DNA of 64,000 nucleotides from Phaeosaccion multiseriatum (taxonomy: Eukaryota > Protista > Ochrophyta, other classes), in assembly GCA_965112735.1 (NCBI GenBank), contig OZ218961.1, positions 2,108,001 to 2,172,000 of the forward strand. The letters are read 5' to 3'. The notes below the pieces were generated by a model. It worked only from the letters and a program-made list of their open reading frames with translations. It ran no database searches and was not told where the DNA came from. Both the position numbers and the translations under genes were made by a program. Shown here in pieces: positions 34,073-47,600 of the stretch (within the stretch, counting starts at the first letter, position 1; each line of letters starts with the position of its first letter).

Positions 34073-34787
34073 TCACTCCTCCTCCTTCCCCTCGTCCTCC
34101 GCCATGGCCTGCTCCACCCTCCTCTCCATCATCTCCTCCAGCAGCATCCTGTCCTCCTCATCCATCAGGGTCACCGAGTCGGCATCCAAAGACGGAGCCA
34201 GAGAGCGAGACGACGACGCAGACAGAGAGCTCTTACTCCTCCTCCTCCTCCTCCCCCTACCCCCCTTCCCACCGCCAGCCTCACGGTCAGCCCCTCCTCG
34301 GGCCTCATCCTCCTCCCCCTCTGCCACCAAGCTCTCCAGCCAGGCCTGGAACTTCTTCTCCGCCAGGCAACAGACCTGCTTCACATGCCGCTGAAACACC
34401 GGTGAGATGCCTGCCTTCCGCAACCTCGCCAACCGAGGCTCGATGCGCTTCTCAATGCTTGCCCGCACCAATCGAGGCAACGCCCGACCCAACTCTCTCC
34501 GTGATGCTCCCTCCATCTGCGCCAAGACAAGAGCAGACACCGCCCGCATCTTATGCAGTGGGGTGTGAAGCAAAGTGTCCCTGTAGGTGGGCATGGTGGT
34601 GAAGGTGTGCCAGTCGCCATCGGAGAGGCCTAACTCCTCCTGGAAGAAGACACGCACTTGTTGCAATCGGTCTCTGTCCAATACTTCGGGTTGCCTGCGT
34701 GCAAGTGCGATTCGGCGGCGCCTGCGTGTGCGTGTGTGCGCGTGTGTGTGTGTGTGCGCGTGCGTATGTATGTATGCACAGCATAGA

Positions 34788-34820
<33 letters not shown>

Positions 34821-37361
34821 CGGGGACGAAAGAGAGAGCATAGATGGAGAGAGAGAGGCCGAGCCGCAGCGCATAGAGTGGGGGTGAGTGAGGGAAGGAT
34901 ACCCATCGAGCAGAGGCGGAGGGGAACTGTTCACACGTCTCTCCTCGTCTTTTGCCGCTGAGACTGATGCACCAACAGGGAGTTTCACATGCCCCCCCCT
35001 CAAAACTTCCAACAGACAAGAGAACTTACGTGAGGGGCCGCGGCGACTTCGTTGACTTCTTCTCCTTCTGCAAAGCAGCAGCAGTTGGTGATACAGCACG
35101 AGAAGCTGCGGGGCTACTCCGCCCCCGAGCCCGAGTCAAAGTAGAGCTCCAGCCGCGACTGCTCCTGCCCCTCCCTCCCGCCCCCCCCCCTCCCTCTCCT
35201 CCCCCGCTGCTGCTGCTACTGCTGCTGCTGCTGCTGCTGCTGCGGCTGCTGTTGGGGCTGGGCGGGTCTGCCTTCATCATCTGCTCCAGTAGACGTTGAT
35301 CAGCCACACTCGCCAGCTGCGGTCCTCCTGCACCGCCTCTTCGGGACACCCCTTCAGCAGACGTTACGGGCCTGCCCACCCCCTTTTGGCTCCTCTTCCG
35401 TATCACCAACTGCTCCGCCTCTACCCGGGCATCGTCGTCTAGGGCCTCCCCCAGCACCAAGGAGGGGCCGATGTGGGTGGGTGCGCTGCCGTAGAAGGAG
35501 CGAACGTCCTCCGGAAGAGGGTCTTCGTCTTCGGAAAGGGTCCCCTTATCCCCCACACCTAGCAGCGACCCTTCCCCTCTCGCATCCCTCGCTTCTCCTG
35601 CCCTGACCTCCTCCTCCTCCTCCTCCTCCTCCTCCCCCTCCTCCTCCTCCTCCCCCGCCTCCACCTCCTCCTCCTCATTTTCCTCCTCATTTTCCTCCTC
35701 CTCCTCCTCCTCCTCCTCCTCCTCCCCCTCCCCCGCCTCCTCCTCCTCCTCCTCCTCCTCCTCCTCCTCCTCCTGCTCCTCCTCCCCTGCTTTCTCCACC
35801 ATCTCGTGTAGTCTGTCCGCATCTTGCAGAGATGAAATCTCCAGCGGTGAGGTAGCGTAATAGTCCTGATACGCAACGGCGCCACCCAACCCCTCCTCGC
35901 CTTCCACTGCCATCCCCAAGCCCTTCCTCCTGTCGTCCAGCTGGAGAGACATGAGCGCCGCCTCCTCCGCCTCTGCCTCGGCACTCCTTCGTCTCGCTCT
36001 CTCTCTCGCGATCTTCGCTCTCTCTCTCGCGGCATTTGCTCTCTCTCGCACCGCACGTCGCGCTGCTTTCGCCTCCGCCATCACCGCTGCCGTACCTGCT
36101 GCTGTTGCTGCTGACAGCAAGGCTGCTTGCTCCCTCTTTGCCCTCGCCCTTTCCACCGCTGCCTCCTTCTTCGCAAACGCCGCCTCCACAGCCCCCAACG
36201 GCGGAGGAGGAGGCCCCTGTATTCCACTCCTCCTCTCCGCCTCCAAAAACAACATGTCCATCACCGACGCCTTGCCGTCCGAGGGACCTATCGACTGGCT
36301 GCCAGTCACAGGTGGCACAGACATGGACCCTGCGGCCTCCTCAACCCTCTCTCCTCCGACTTGCGCCCCCCCTCTCCTCTCTCTCCGCCCGCGCCTCGCG
36401 ACGGTCTCTTGCTGGCGACGACCCGATACGCCAGACATGACGGGTAACGCACCGCCGCTGCCCTGTCCCACCACTCTGCGGCCATACCTGCCGTAGGTTT
36501 CCGGGACCTTGCTCTCACGGTTGTCGCTGTGGCCAGCATCGCCCATAGCACCACTTTGGTACAGACTGCTCCAGTCGCTCCAGTCGCTCCATTCGCTCCA
36601 GCTGTCTCCCTCCTCCTCCTCCTCCTCCTCCTCCTCCTCCTCCTCCCCCTCCTCTTCCACTCCCTCGCCCTCCTCCTCCTTCTCCCCTCCCTCCTTCTCC
36701 TCCTCCTGCTCCTCTCCCTCCTCCTCATCCACCTCCTCCTCCTCCTCCTCCTCGCCCCCCCTCACATCCCTGCCCCTCCTCTCGTACTGCAGCACGGCCT
36801 CCTTGGCCTCGAATGTGGCTCTCGCCTTGGCCATGGCCTTTGCCGTCGAGGCCTCTTCATCCGCTACCGCCCTCAATCGTGCCTCCTCCCTCTCTCCCGC
36901 CTCGGTCGGCTTCCTCTTCTTTGTATCCTCGCTCGTCTTCACCTCCGGCAGCGACGTGAGCCAGTGGTCGAAGCGATCGTCCGTAAGAAAGCACACACGG
37001 CGAATGTCCGTCTTGAAGACGGGCAAGATGCCCTTCGCTTTCATGCGGGCAAGGCGCGGCTTAATCTTTCCGCGGACCAACATATCCAAGTATTTGGGCA
37101 GCGTCTCGGCTACTTCCACCCGCAGCGCTCGGCCTGTTGCCTCGTGCTTGATCATCCCCGCAGCAACCCGCATGGAGTTGAGTCGCATGACCCGCACCAC
37201 CGTCTGCAGGAAAGACACGTGTAGGAACTCCGCCCACTCGTCTTCCGCCAGTCCCAGCTCCGCCAGGAACCACATTCGATACGCGGACATGGACTTCGAC
37301 TCGCGGGGGGGTCGGCCCGGGGTCGGCGTCTGCCGCTGCTGCTTCTTCCTCTTCTTCTTCG

Positions 37362-37404
<43 letters not shown>

Positions 37405-38136
37405 CTGTCCTAGCAGAGCTTCCTTCTTCGCTCCTCCCACCTCCTCCGCCTCAGTTTCCTTCTTCACTCTCAAACGGGCGCGGGCGCCCTTGACGGTGCC
37501 GGGGCCATGAGTCGAGGTCACCCTCGCGGGGAGTGGCAATGTCGGTGGTGCTGACGGCGGTGGCAGTGGTGCTGCACGTACAGAGCCGTCCGCCTCCATC
37601 ACGTTTACCTGCAGGGTGTCTGACGGCGGCAAAAGGCTCACAGTGCCAGAGCTGCTCCTGCTGAGGTGGCGCCTCCCCCTCCTGCTACTGGGCGCGCTTT
37701 CTTCCGCAACAGGCTCCACCAAATAAGCTACCGGGGCCTCCGCCACTGCAGTTCCTCCTCCTCCTCGCCCTCCTCCCGTCCTTCCCTTGTCTTTCTCCCT
37801 CTCCTGTCGCCCTCCGTCTTCTAGTGAGACCGAGGCCTTTCTGCCGAAAGCAGACTGGGGCGGCGTCACTGACAAACCGCCTCCGCCCCTGCTGCCCGCC
37901 CCGGCCTTCATCATAGCCACTGATAGCCCTCTACGATCTAGAACTCCGCCACTCACAGAGCCTGAGCTCCTCCGCCCCATCCCCTGCATACCATTCCCCC
38001 CTTGTACCTGAAAGCCTCCGCATCTGTTGCAGCAGCTCAAGCTCAGCGCCGCCGCCAGCAAAGCCGAATGGCCCCTCCCATCCAGCCTCCTCCTCTTCCT
38101 CCTCCGCGGCACCGTGCCGAGAGTCCCCCCCGCCAT
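34073..38136 (-). CDS. Predicted plastid-targeted protein with two mTERF-like modules of the same family as 9195-12944, plus long acidic low-complexity linkers; 2 exons (38136-35030, ~34721-34073)
   Basis: Leader SALLAAALSLSCCNRCGG|FQV. Modules are WFLAELGLAEDEW...LPKYL...KIKPRLARMKAKGILPVF...VCFLTDDRFDHWL and FFQEELGLSDGDW...TPLHKMRAVSALVL...LPRLVRASIEKRIEPRLARLRKAGISPVFQRH...CCLAEKKFQAWL. Donor AC|GTAAGT at 35029 joins in frame. Confidence 0.75.
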
Positions 38137-38288
38137 AATAATGAAACCTTCTTAATGTGTGATTCAGCCCAACAACCGTGCGTGTGGGGGGGGGGGAATT
38201 GGAACTCGTATTTTTTGACTTGGCGGGAGGGAGGCGGGACGGGACGGCACGGCCCAGAAAAACGTATCTTCCAGAGGAGACTGACGCT

Positions 38289-41184
38289 ATGACGCCACCT
38301 CCTCCTTCGCGCGAGGGGGTGAGGGCAAAGCTGATACGCATTTGTGTGGGAGGGTTCATGTCCATAGAGAAGAAGCTCGTCGTGGACGTGCCAGAGACCG
38401 AAGGTAAATTGAAGACGGGGGAAGAAGCAGTAAGGCGACTGCGCTCTCAAGCTCCGCATTCTCAGCTGACCAGTTCCCCACTCACTCCCTCTAACACTGT
38501 CAAGAGACGTAAGCTAACCTGTCCTCTCTCCCCCCTCCCCCTCTCTTCCTCTTTATTCCTTTATTCTTGTGATGCACCTCAGGCATGACTTGCATCACCG
38601 GGGCTAATGGTGCGTCCCTTGCGCTTGCCTTATCACATTGCCAAAGCGCGAGTCCAATGACCAACCCGCCCCATGCATGTGCCGCCCTTGTTCCCCTCCC
38701 CCGCCACCATCACCACTACCATCATTTTGCCTCACTGTGCTCTGCTGACGAGTGAAGGCTGCGGCAAGTCTACCCTCCTCGCTGCCATCCTTTTTGGCCT
38801 GGGACAAGCTGTCACGCACCTCACGGGCATCAACAGAGCAGGTACGGCTGACAAGCCCTTTGTGCATATGATCGCGGTACCGCTCTCTTCTCCACCTCTC
38901 CCTCATCTCAACCCCCAATCCCCCCCTCTACCTTCTACCTGCCCCCTTCTTTCCCCTCTCCGTATTTGGGCTTGTGGATGGCACCGAAAGGCGACGTGGT
39001 GAGTGCATCTTGTGCAGAGGCCGCCGTGGAGCTGGAATGGCGCTGCTCTGGGCACTCTCGCCAAGCCGCAGGACGAAAGGTGGGTGGTGCCGTCTCCCTC
39101 TGTTTCCCTCTTTCTCTCTTTATCCCTCCCCTGCCTCTCTCCGTCTCTCTCTCCGTCCCCCTCTCATCGTCCCTCTCCCTCACACGCTTGGGCTGTGGGA
39201 CTCACACTTCCCTATCGAAGACGAAGCAGCAGCAGGGGCACAAGGTGCTACATGTAGGGTCCAGCGTGAACCGCGCCACTGGACGAAGGTACGGCCGTAC
39301 AACCAACTCGTGCACCACACCTTCTCCTCTCCAGGCAGAGGCCAACTTCGTTGATACCCATCCCGCAGCGCTACCCCAATCCCACCCCCCTGTCCTCTTA
39401 TCTGATCACATCTCTTGTGTTTTGCTTTACCCTCCTCCGCCCTCCCGGATGTACCGATCTTGCCGGGCTACCTGCCCGCCCCCTACCCCCCCTCCACTCG
39501 GGCTCGCTGTATCACCAACTGCCCAGGCTGTATCTGCTGGACGGCAAGAAGCTCAACAGAGGCAGCTTCGAGCAGGCGCTGATGGAGCGCCTCGGCCTCT
39601 CTGTCTCCAACCTTTACTGGGTAAGACTTGTGTCGGTGGTGAAACCGCAGTACTGGTGAAGCCTTGTGCTGCTGAGGGGAGCGAGGAGAGAGTGAGAGAA
39701 AGAGAGAGGGGGGGGAGGAAGAGGGAGACAGCGAGAGGAGGAAGAGCGAGATGGACGAATAGGCGGATACATAGATTGATAGAATGATGGATGGATGGAT
39801 CAGATAGAAAGATGGATATATACATATAGAGAGAGAGAGGGAGAGGGAGAGACATAAAGAGAGCCTTCTCGGCTATTGTCTCTCCTCGTCTTCAGCCCCC
39901 TACCACTAACCCTACCACTCCATCTCGTTTGCCTTGTGGCATGGGCGGTGTACAATGTGGTGATACAGGTGGTTCGCCAGGGTGCGGCGTCGTCTGTACT
40001 CGCCTCAACCCCCTTGCAGCTTCACGAGGCGGTGTGTGAGGCGGCGGGGACACTGGGTGAGCTATGGACAAGAGAGAGGGCACAGGGTAGGGGGGGAGGG
40101 GGAGAGGGAGAGGGAAAAGGACTGAGGGTTGAGGACGGCGGGAAGAGGGGAGAGGGCAGAGAGGACAGAGGAGAGAGAGAAGAGGAGGGACGGGAGAGGG
40201 GAGACGGGAGAGGGTAGAGTGGAGAGAGAGAAGAGGAGGGAAGGGAGAGGGGAGAGGGGAGAGGGGAGAGGGGAGAGGGGAGAGGGGAGAGGGGAGAGGG
40301 GAGAGGGGAGAGGGGAGAGGGGAGAGAGAAGAGGAGGGAAGGCAGAGGGGAGACGGGAGAGGGTAGAGTGGAGAGAGAGAAGAGGAGGGAAGGGAGAGGG
40401 GAGAGGGCAGAGGGGAGAGAGCAGAGGGCAGAGGGGAGAGGGGAGAGGGGAGAGTGGAGAGAGAAGAGGAGGGAAGGCAGAGGGGAGAGGGGAGAGAGGT
40501 AAGAGGGCAGCAGAGAGGAGAGAGAAGACAAAGGGCCGTGCGCAGTGGGCAGGATACAGAGGCCACAGAAGGCAGAGGCCTGAGAGGAGGGAAGTGCGGA
40601 GAGAGATCAAAGGGTAGAGACTAGGAAGGAGGGGCGGGTGCCGTCAGGCTGTCGTCAGACTGTGGTCAGCAGGCTGTCGTGGGGCTGTCGCGGCATCTCC
40701 GTCCGACAGAGAGAATTTTTGTGCGAGAGACATAGAGTCCCTCTCACCCCAGAGGTAGAGAGAGAGTGAGGTCGGGGGGCGGAGGGGGGCGTATTAGGTG
40801 TTAAGGACGCCCTTCCATTCCCCTCCCTCCTCCTCCTGCTGCTGCTGCTGCTCCTGCTGGGGCTCGAATACGCACTCGACGTGGCCAGGCATCAACCGTG
40901 AGCGCACCAAAGCCCTGCGCAAGATCGAGCAGTGGTCATCCGTACTCGCCAAGACGCAGGCCGATGTGTCTTTTCTCGAAGCCGCAGCGAGGTGAGGAAG
41001 GCAGTGATAGTGGCAGTAGTAGTGTGAGTGCCAGTTCGCCAGCTTACCTAGCCTTGACCCTGGCCCTGACCCTGGCCCTGACCCTGACCCTAGTGTAGAT
41101 CAGGTCTTTCTGCCTACCTGCCTGCCTACCTGCCTGCCCGCCTGCCTTCCTGCTTGCCTGCCTGCCCTGCCTTGCCGACCTGTA

Positions 41185-41225
<41 letters not shown>

Positions 41226-41628
41226 ATGGATGGTTGGTTGGTTGGTTGGTTGGTTGGTTGGTTGGTTGGTTGGTTGGTTGGTTGGTTGGTTGGTTGGTTG
41301 GTTGGCTGACTGGCTGAGTGGTCGGGCTTTCCCTCATGCTCCCACCGCCCCCCGTCCAACCCCCCTCCTCCCCGTGTCCTCCGGCGACGGCGGCCCACCC
41401 CCACCCCCACCCCCCCAATTGAACAGGGGAGAAGGCGCGCAGCTGCGAGACATGGACAAATTGAGAGAGGCTGAGGCGGCCATCGAGGCGGCAAGGAGGG
41501 AGCTTACAGAGACACAGGCACGCCTGGAGACAGTGAGGGAGAGGGACGAGGCGAGGGAGCGGCGCAGGCTGCTGCAAGGCCTTCGGAGTCTCGAGGAAGA
41601 GGAGAAGGAGGCACGCAGGTGGGTGTGT

Positions 41629-41689
<61 letters not shown>

Positions 41690-44600
41690 TGTATGCGTGT
41701 GCATGAGCGCGCGTGTGTGTGTTTTGTGTCTGCGTGCGTGTGTGTGTGTGTGTGTCGAGGGAGATGTGTCGGAGTGCAAGGAGGTGAAAACAGGGTCAGA
41801 GATAGAGCTCACCGACACACACCAGCATGAGAAGAACAAGGCCGCAATGAGAACAAGAGCATGAGAAGACGTTCAGGAGCGTCTCGTTTATGAAATCTCT
41901 TCCTACTTCTGACTTGGTTCATTGTGTGTGTTGTGCTTCGGTGACCATGCTTTTGTTGCTTTGCTCGCCCTCACACGCGCGCACACACACACGTACACAC
42001 ACACACACGCACACACTTGAAGGCGCGAGGACGAAGCCCGGGCCAGCTTGGCTCACGCGGAGGAACAGGAGCGGTCGAGTCGGGAGGATAGGACAAGGCT
42101 TCAACACAGGTACTTCGTAGTAGGCCAGAGCGAGGGAGGGAGTTGCCCACCCAGACGTGGGTGCTCTGCTTCTCGCCCTGCCTTCAGACCGTTCCCCACT
42201 TCCCCAACCTTTGTGTTGCCGCCCTTGAAATCACACCCACCTCCGTGTTCTACATCCACTGCCATCCCACAGCGTGGCGGCCCGTAGCGGCAGAATCGCC
42301 CGACTCAAAGTAGAGCAGCTCGAGGCGTCTGAGGCACTTCGTCGCACCACCGCCCTGCGGAAGGAGGTCGGAGCCGCTCGACGGAACAAAGCCGAGCTGG
42401 TTGCTTCCGTGGCTCGGCAAGGAGCGAGGTTGGAGGCGCTCCGCGGGCAGCAGGCGGAAGCAGCGGCGGCACTGGAGACGTTTGAAGCTGAGGCTGACGC
42501 GACGGAGGGAGGGGTGGAGGAAGAGGGGGCAGCAACAGGAGCAGCGGTTGTAGCCGGAGGACGAGGGGCGGCGGGGGAGCGACTTGGTGAGAGGCTGAGT
42601 GCGCTGCTGCGGACCAAGGAGGAGGAGATTCGCGTCGCCGAGGAGGCGCTGGAGGAGAAGCGGCGGGAGGACAGCCGGGCCCAGAGTGCGGCAAAGGAGT
42701 GGAGGGAGGCGTCCACTGCCATCTATACCACGTGAGTCGAGTGCGCGCTTGCAAGCGAAGACGGTCATTGGCGCGGGGGCAAGGGTGGGGCTGGAGGGGG
42801 TGGTGCAAGAAAGACGGGACATACACGTTGTCGGCCTGCCGGCGCCGAGCCATCTCCGCTCCGTATGTCTTGCCTGAAGGAGTGTGTACCCGTACACTGA
42901 TAGCATTCCGTTGCGTTGCATTGCTTTTGTCCAGGCTTCGCGAGCTGAGGGAGGCGTCAAGCGTCCTCCAGGGGGAGCTCTCGAGGCAGGCCGCCATCGG
43001 AGCGGCCTCTGCCCCCTTGGGGAGTCGCCGCATCGCAGGTATATAGGCAGCAAGTCAGCTTTAGTTACTTTCTTACACATGAATGACACTCTTCAAATCG
43101 CCTTTATTCTTTATCCAGGTATAAGGCTACTCTCTCCCTCCTCCTCTCTCTCTCTCTCTGTGTGTGTGTGTCTGTGTCTCTCTCTCTGTGCATTGGCTTC
43201 CTGCCCTGCCAGACGTACTTCCTCTTAGTAAGGTGATGGGCGTGATGAAGCTGAGGTACTCCTCCCCTCCCCCACCCTCTCCCTCTCCACTCGTCTCCCC
43301 TACTCCCTGCCCTCTGCAGACGCTCTTCTCCTCCTCCTCGAGAGCAATCCCACCACAGATAGCAGCACCGAGGGCCTTCTCAAGGGCATGGCGTCTTCAT
43401 CCCGTCCACTGCCATCTTCGTCCGCGCAGCAGCGGAAGAAGCGGGCCGAGGATCAGATACAGGCCGTGCAGGAGTGGCGCCTCGAGTTGGAGGAGGGAAG
43501 CAAGGCGAACCGCAAAGCGCGGCTGGATGTGCAGTGTGCACACGAGCGGCTCAAAGGAGAGAGGAAGTGAGTGAGTGAGTTGGGTGGGTGGGTGGATGAG
43601 TGGATGGGTGAGTGAGTGAGTGAGTGAGTGAGTGAGTGAGTGAGTGCGTGAGTGAGTGAGTGAGTGAGTGACCGAGTGAGTAGATTGGACGGTGGCTGGC
43701 TGCATGATGAGTGTGAGCGACAACACTCACAAGCGCACCACCACCTCTGTGCTGTGTCTGCCTCTGGGGTGTTTTGGTGGTTGTGGGCGTTTGCGAGGAT
43801 AAGGAGGCTTTGTGTTTCGGTTGGGAAGATAAGGCAACGGGAGTCCGCCGCCTCCACGGTTGACTTCTGCTATATCTTCCTTCAAGTGAGACACACACAT
43901 ACACAACACACACACACACACACACACACATACAGAACTCCTGTCCTCGGCCTTGGCCTGTTGCACAGCTCACCCTATGCCCGACCACCCACATCCACTG
44001 CCATCCAATGCGACCCCCTACCATCCTCCATCCACCACCACCCCCCCACCACCCCTCCACAAATTGCCATCCCCTGCCATCCCCTGCCATCCCCTGCCAT
44101 CCACAGAGCGTGCGCGACTCGGCTGGGCGGGCGGGTTTCTGGGCTGGCGTGCTCGGCCGAGGGTGTGGGGGGCAAGTGGCTTTTCGAATGCTTTCGCCTT
44201 GTTCCGGCCCTGCTGCTGCTGCCCATGGAGGAGGAGAATCCGCCTGCTTGTATGCCTGCCGATAGGTCTGCCCATATGCCTGCCCATGTAGAGAGCAGCA
44301 CTTCCTGTTGCAGGGGCTCAGACCCGAAGCGATGGCTCGTGCCTCTCGGCGTGGTGATGGGGTCTTCGCTCGGAGTGTGGGTGTGTGCAGAGCAGGTGGG
44401 TACGTGCGTACATGCAGCGTGTATTGCAAAGGCCGCTACGGAAACCAGCAGATTGAGTTCGGAAACCATGCATGGCAATGTATTGCAGTGGATGGCAGTA
44501 CATGGCTCACTCCTGCTCTCCTCCCTCTGAAACCACGGCTGGACTGTGCCTGTGTGAGGCTTGCATAGACACGGGCGAGTGCGGCGCTGGACTTTGCTTC

Positions 44601-47600
44601 TCGACTCGGAGCTGGCCTGCGCTGTTGGCCCATCCACTCTCTCGAGCAGCAGCAGCACCAGTTGGTGATACAGCAGCGGAAGCAGCAGCAGCAGTCATCG
44701 GGCAGTAGAAGCAGTGCCCCGACGACCGGCGGAGGTGGGACGGGGAGAGGCATGCCGTCGTCTGCTCAGGTAAGCTTAACGGGGCGCTTGCGAAGGAGGA
44801 CTGGGACATCACCAATGGGCTTGGCTGTGTGCTGTATCACCACCTGCTGTGGCTCTGTCAGTATCACCAACTGCCTGTGTTGGTTGTCTCTGTGTCGCTC
44901 GCTTTATCAAGGTGCAAGAAGTGCTGGAGAGAGCCTTCCCGGAAGCAAACCCCTCTGAGCTGTGGTGCGACCCCCTCACCCTACTCGACCTCACGTAAGA
45001 GACCACGGAAGGTTAAAAAGAATAGACCACGGAAGGGTGTCTCTTTGAGTTGTTTCCATTCATACACCTTATCCAATGGTTACTCTCAGTCACTGAGGGA
45101 AGAGGCACTGGAAAGGAGGGCCTGGAGGCAGGGCTTTGGTTGCATAGTGCGTTGTGGTGTGGCTGCTGTGTGGCTGCTGTGTGGCTTGGGTGGTTGGGTG
45201 GTTGGGTGGACAGGGCGAACAGGAGGGACGAGGGGAAGGCACGCAGGCAGGATCGCAGCCCACGCTCGCCGACTTTGCTTCCCCTCCTCTTTTCTTTTCC
45301 CTTCCCTTCCCTTGTCCCCGTGTGTGGCATACGTGCCCCCTGCGCTGCCCGACTGACTCCAGTGAGCGAGGAGGTGAGGAAGAAGGAAGAGGTGGAGGAG
45401 GAAAAGGAGAAGCGGAACGAGACTCACTGTCTGCGACCAGCACAGCACCGGCGGTGATGAAGGCAAGTGAGAGAGGGAGAAAATACACTCAAGAGGCCAT
45501 CGCTGACCGGAGATCAAGCAGATGCCAAGCAGATGTCAAGCAGCTGTCAAGCAGGCAAGCAGGTGTCAAGTGCTGACTCCCCCTCCTCACTGCCGTCCTC
45601 CAACCCCACACCACCCACCCCCATCCACTGCCATCCACCAACGAACTACTCGCAACAGGCCCTGGGCTCTGGCAGTGTGGTGCTCAGCTCCAGCGATACC
45701 GTGAGCGCGGTCCTCCTTCGCGAGTTGGGCATCCAAAGCGTCACCACAGATGGCACTCGCCACTCCAAGGGCCAGATCGGAGGCGGCTACCGCCAGCAGG
45801 GTGCCAACTGGGCTCTGGAGACGAAGCAGAAAATCGATGGCCTCGACATTCAGCTTCGAGCTTTGCGGCATGAGAAGGTCAGTGAGCCCCCTCGCACGTG
45901 CGTGTGTGAGTGCTTGTGGGCGTACGCGTGTGGGCGCATGTGTGCGTGTGTAATTGCTGAACGTTTGACCCGACCCCCACTTTCTCGGCCCCCCTGTCTC
46001 TCCGTAAGTCTCCCCTCCCCTTTCCTCCCCTCCCCTCTCCATCCACTGCCATCTCCTCCTGTCTCCCCTCCCTCAGGGCACGCTGGCGAGGAGTGCTGGA
46101 GAGCTCGCGGAGGGGACGGAGGCCGCACGAGAAGCATCGCGGTAAGTCAATAACGTCATAAGTCAATAAAGTCATCCCTGGCCCGTATGCCTCTGAGATT
46201 TCTCCTGACCTTGACCCTCCCGCTGGTCCGTTCCGAGGCTGATGGGATGGTACTCTATCATCTCTTCCCCTTGCTCGCTCACTCACTCTCTCTTTCTCTT
46301 CTGTCTATCCCTCCCTATCTCTCTCTCTCTTCCCTCTCTCTGTCGTTCTGTGTTCTACGTTTTCGTGCGTCTTTCTGCTTCTTCCTCTCTCTCGCACCCT
46401 CTCTCCATCCTCTTCGCCTTGATGATGGGATGGCAGTCTATTGCGAGAGCTCCACGCACTCCAAACGGAGGAGGAGGAGGCCCTGGAGGAGCTCTCGGCG
46501 CTGGAGGAAGCCTCGCTCCGAGACGCCGAGCAGAGTGTTTCCGAGTGGCGGGGTGACGAGGAGGGCGAGGAGGAGAACGAGGCGTCTGGTGGCGCCTCTC
46601 AAGGGGCTTCCGGCGGATCGATACGACTACAACGGTTGCAGCGAGCACGGTGCGCCAAGGTGAGAGAGGCACGGTCTGTAGCCTCACACTCGCACGTATG
46701 CTCCTCCCTCTTCACTCGCCGTACACTAACCGCCCACCCAGCCCAATCAACCAACCAACCCACCCACGCACCCACGCACCCACGCACGCACGCACCCACC
46801 CATCCACTCACCCACCCACCCACGCACGCACACACACACCCACTCACCCACCCACTCACCCACCCACTCACCCACCCACGCACGCACGCGCCCATCCACC
46901 CACCCACCCACTCACCCACCCACGCACGCACCCACCCACCCACTGACCCACCCGCCTCGTTCTCTCTTCGTCTCCTGGGATGAATGTGTGTGGAGCAGAT
47001 GCAGGAGGAGCTTGAGGCAGCTGCTGTGCGTCTTACACTTCTGCAGGAGGAGCGACTTGCCCTCTCGGAGGCGAAGGCTGGAGACACGCAGGTGAGGCAG
47101 GAGGGGAGAGTACGAGAGAAAGGAGGGGAGGAAGGAAGGAGGAGGGGGGGGAGAGAGCAGGGGGTGGGGAGAGGGAGAGAGGGCGAGAGAGAGAAAGAGC
47201 GATGCACAGAGAGAGCTACAGAGAGAGCAGGAGATGGTGGAGAAGGCAGTAGTTGGCTCGGCTCGGCACGGCACACAGGCAGGGAGTGGCGTGCTCGTGG
47301 CGCTGGTGAAGCTCGTACCTCATTCCACACCTCTCTTTCCCTCTCCTCTCTCCTCCTTCTCTGTCCTCTCTTTCGCCTCTCTCTCTCTCTCTCGCTTCTT
47401 CTCGCCCTTCCCTCTCTCGCTACGCAGGGAGCTGCGGCGAAGGCTCTGCGAAAGGCACAACACGCTAAGAAGAGGGTGCTCAGCACTTGTCAGGACAAGC
47501 TGGCGAAAGGTAGGGGTACCCAAGGGGAAAGAGGCTTGCTCCCTCGCTGGCCTTGCCAGGTTCTTGTCCCAGTGCTCCCTCTCCCTTTGAAAGGGGATCT

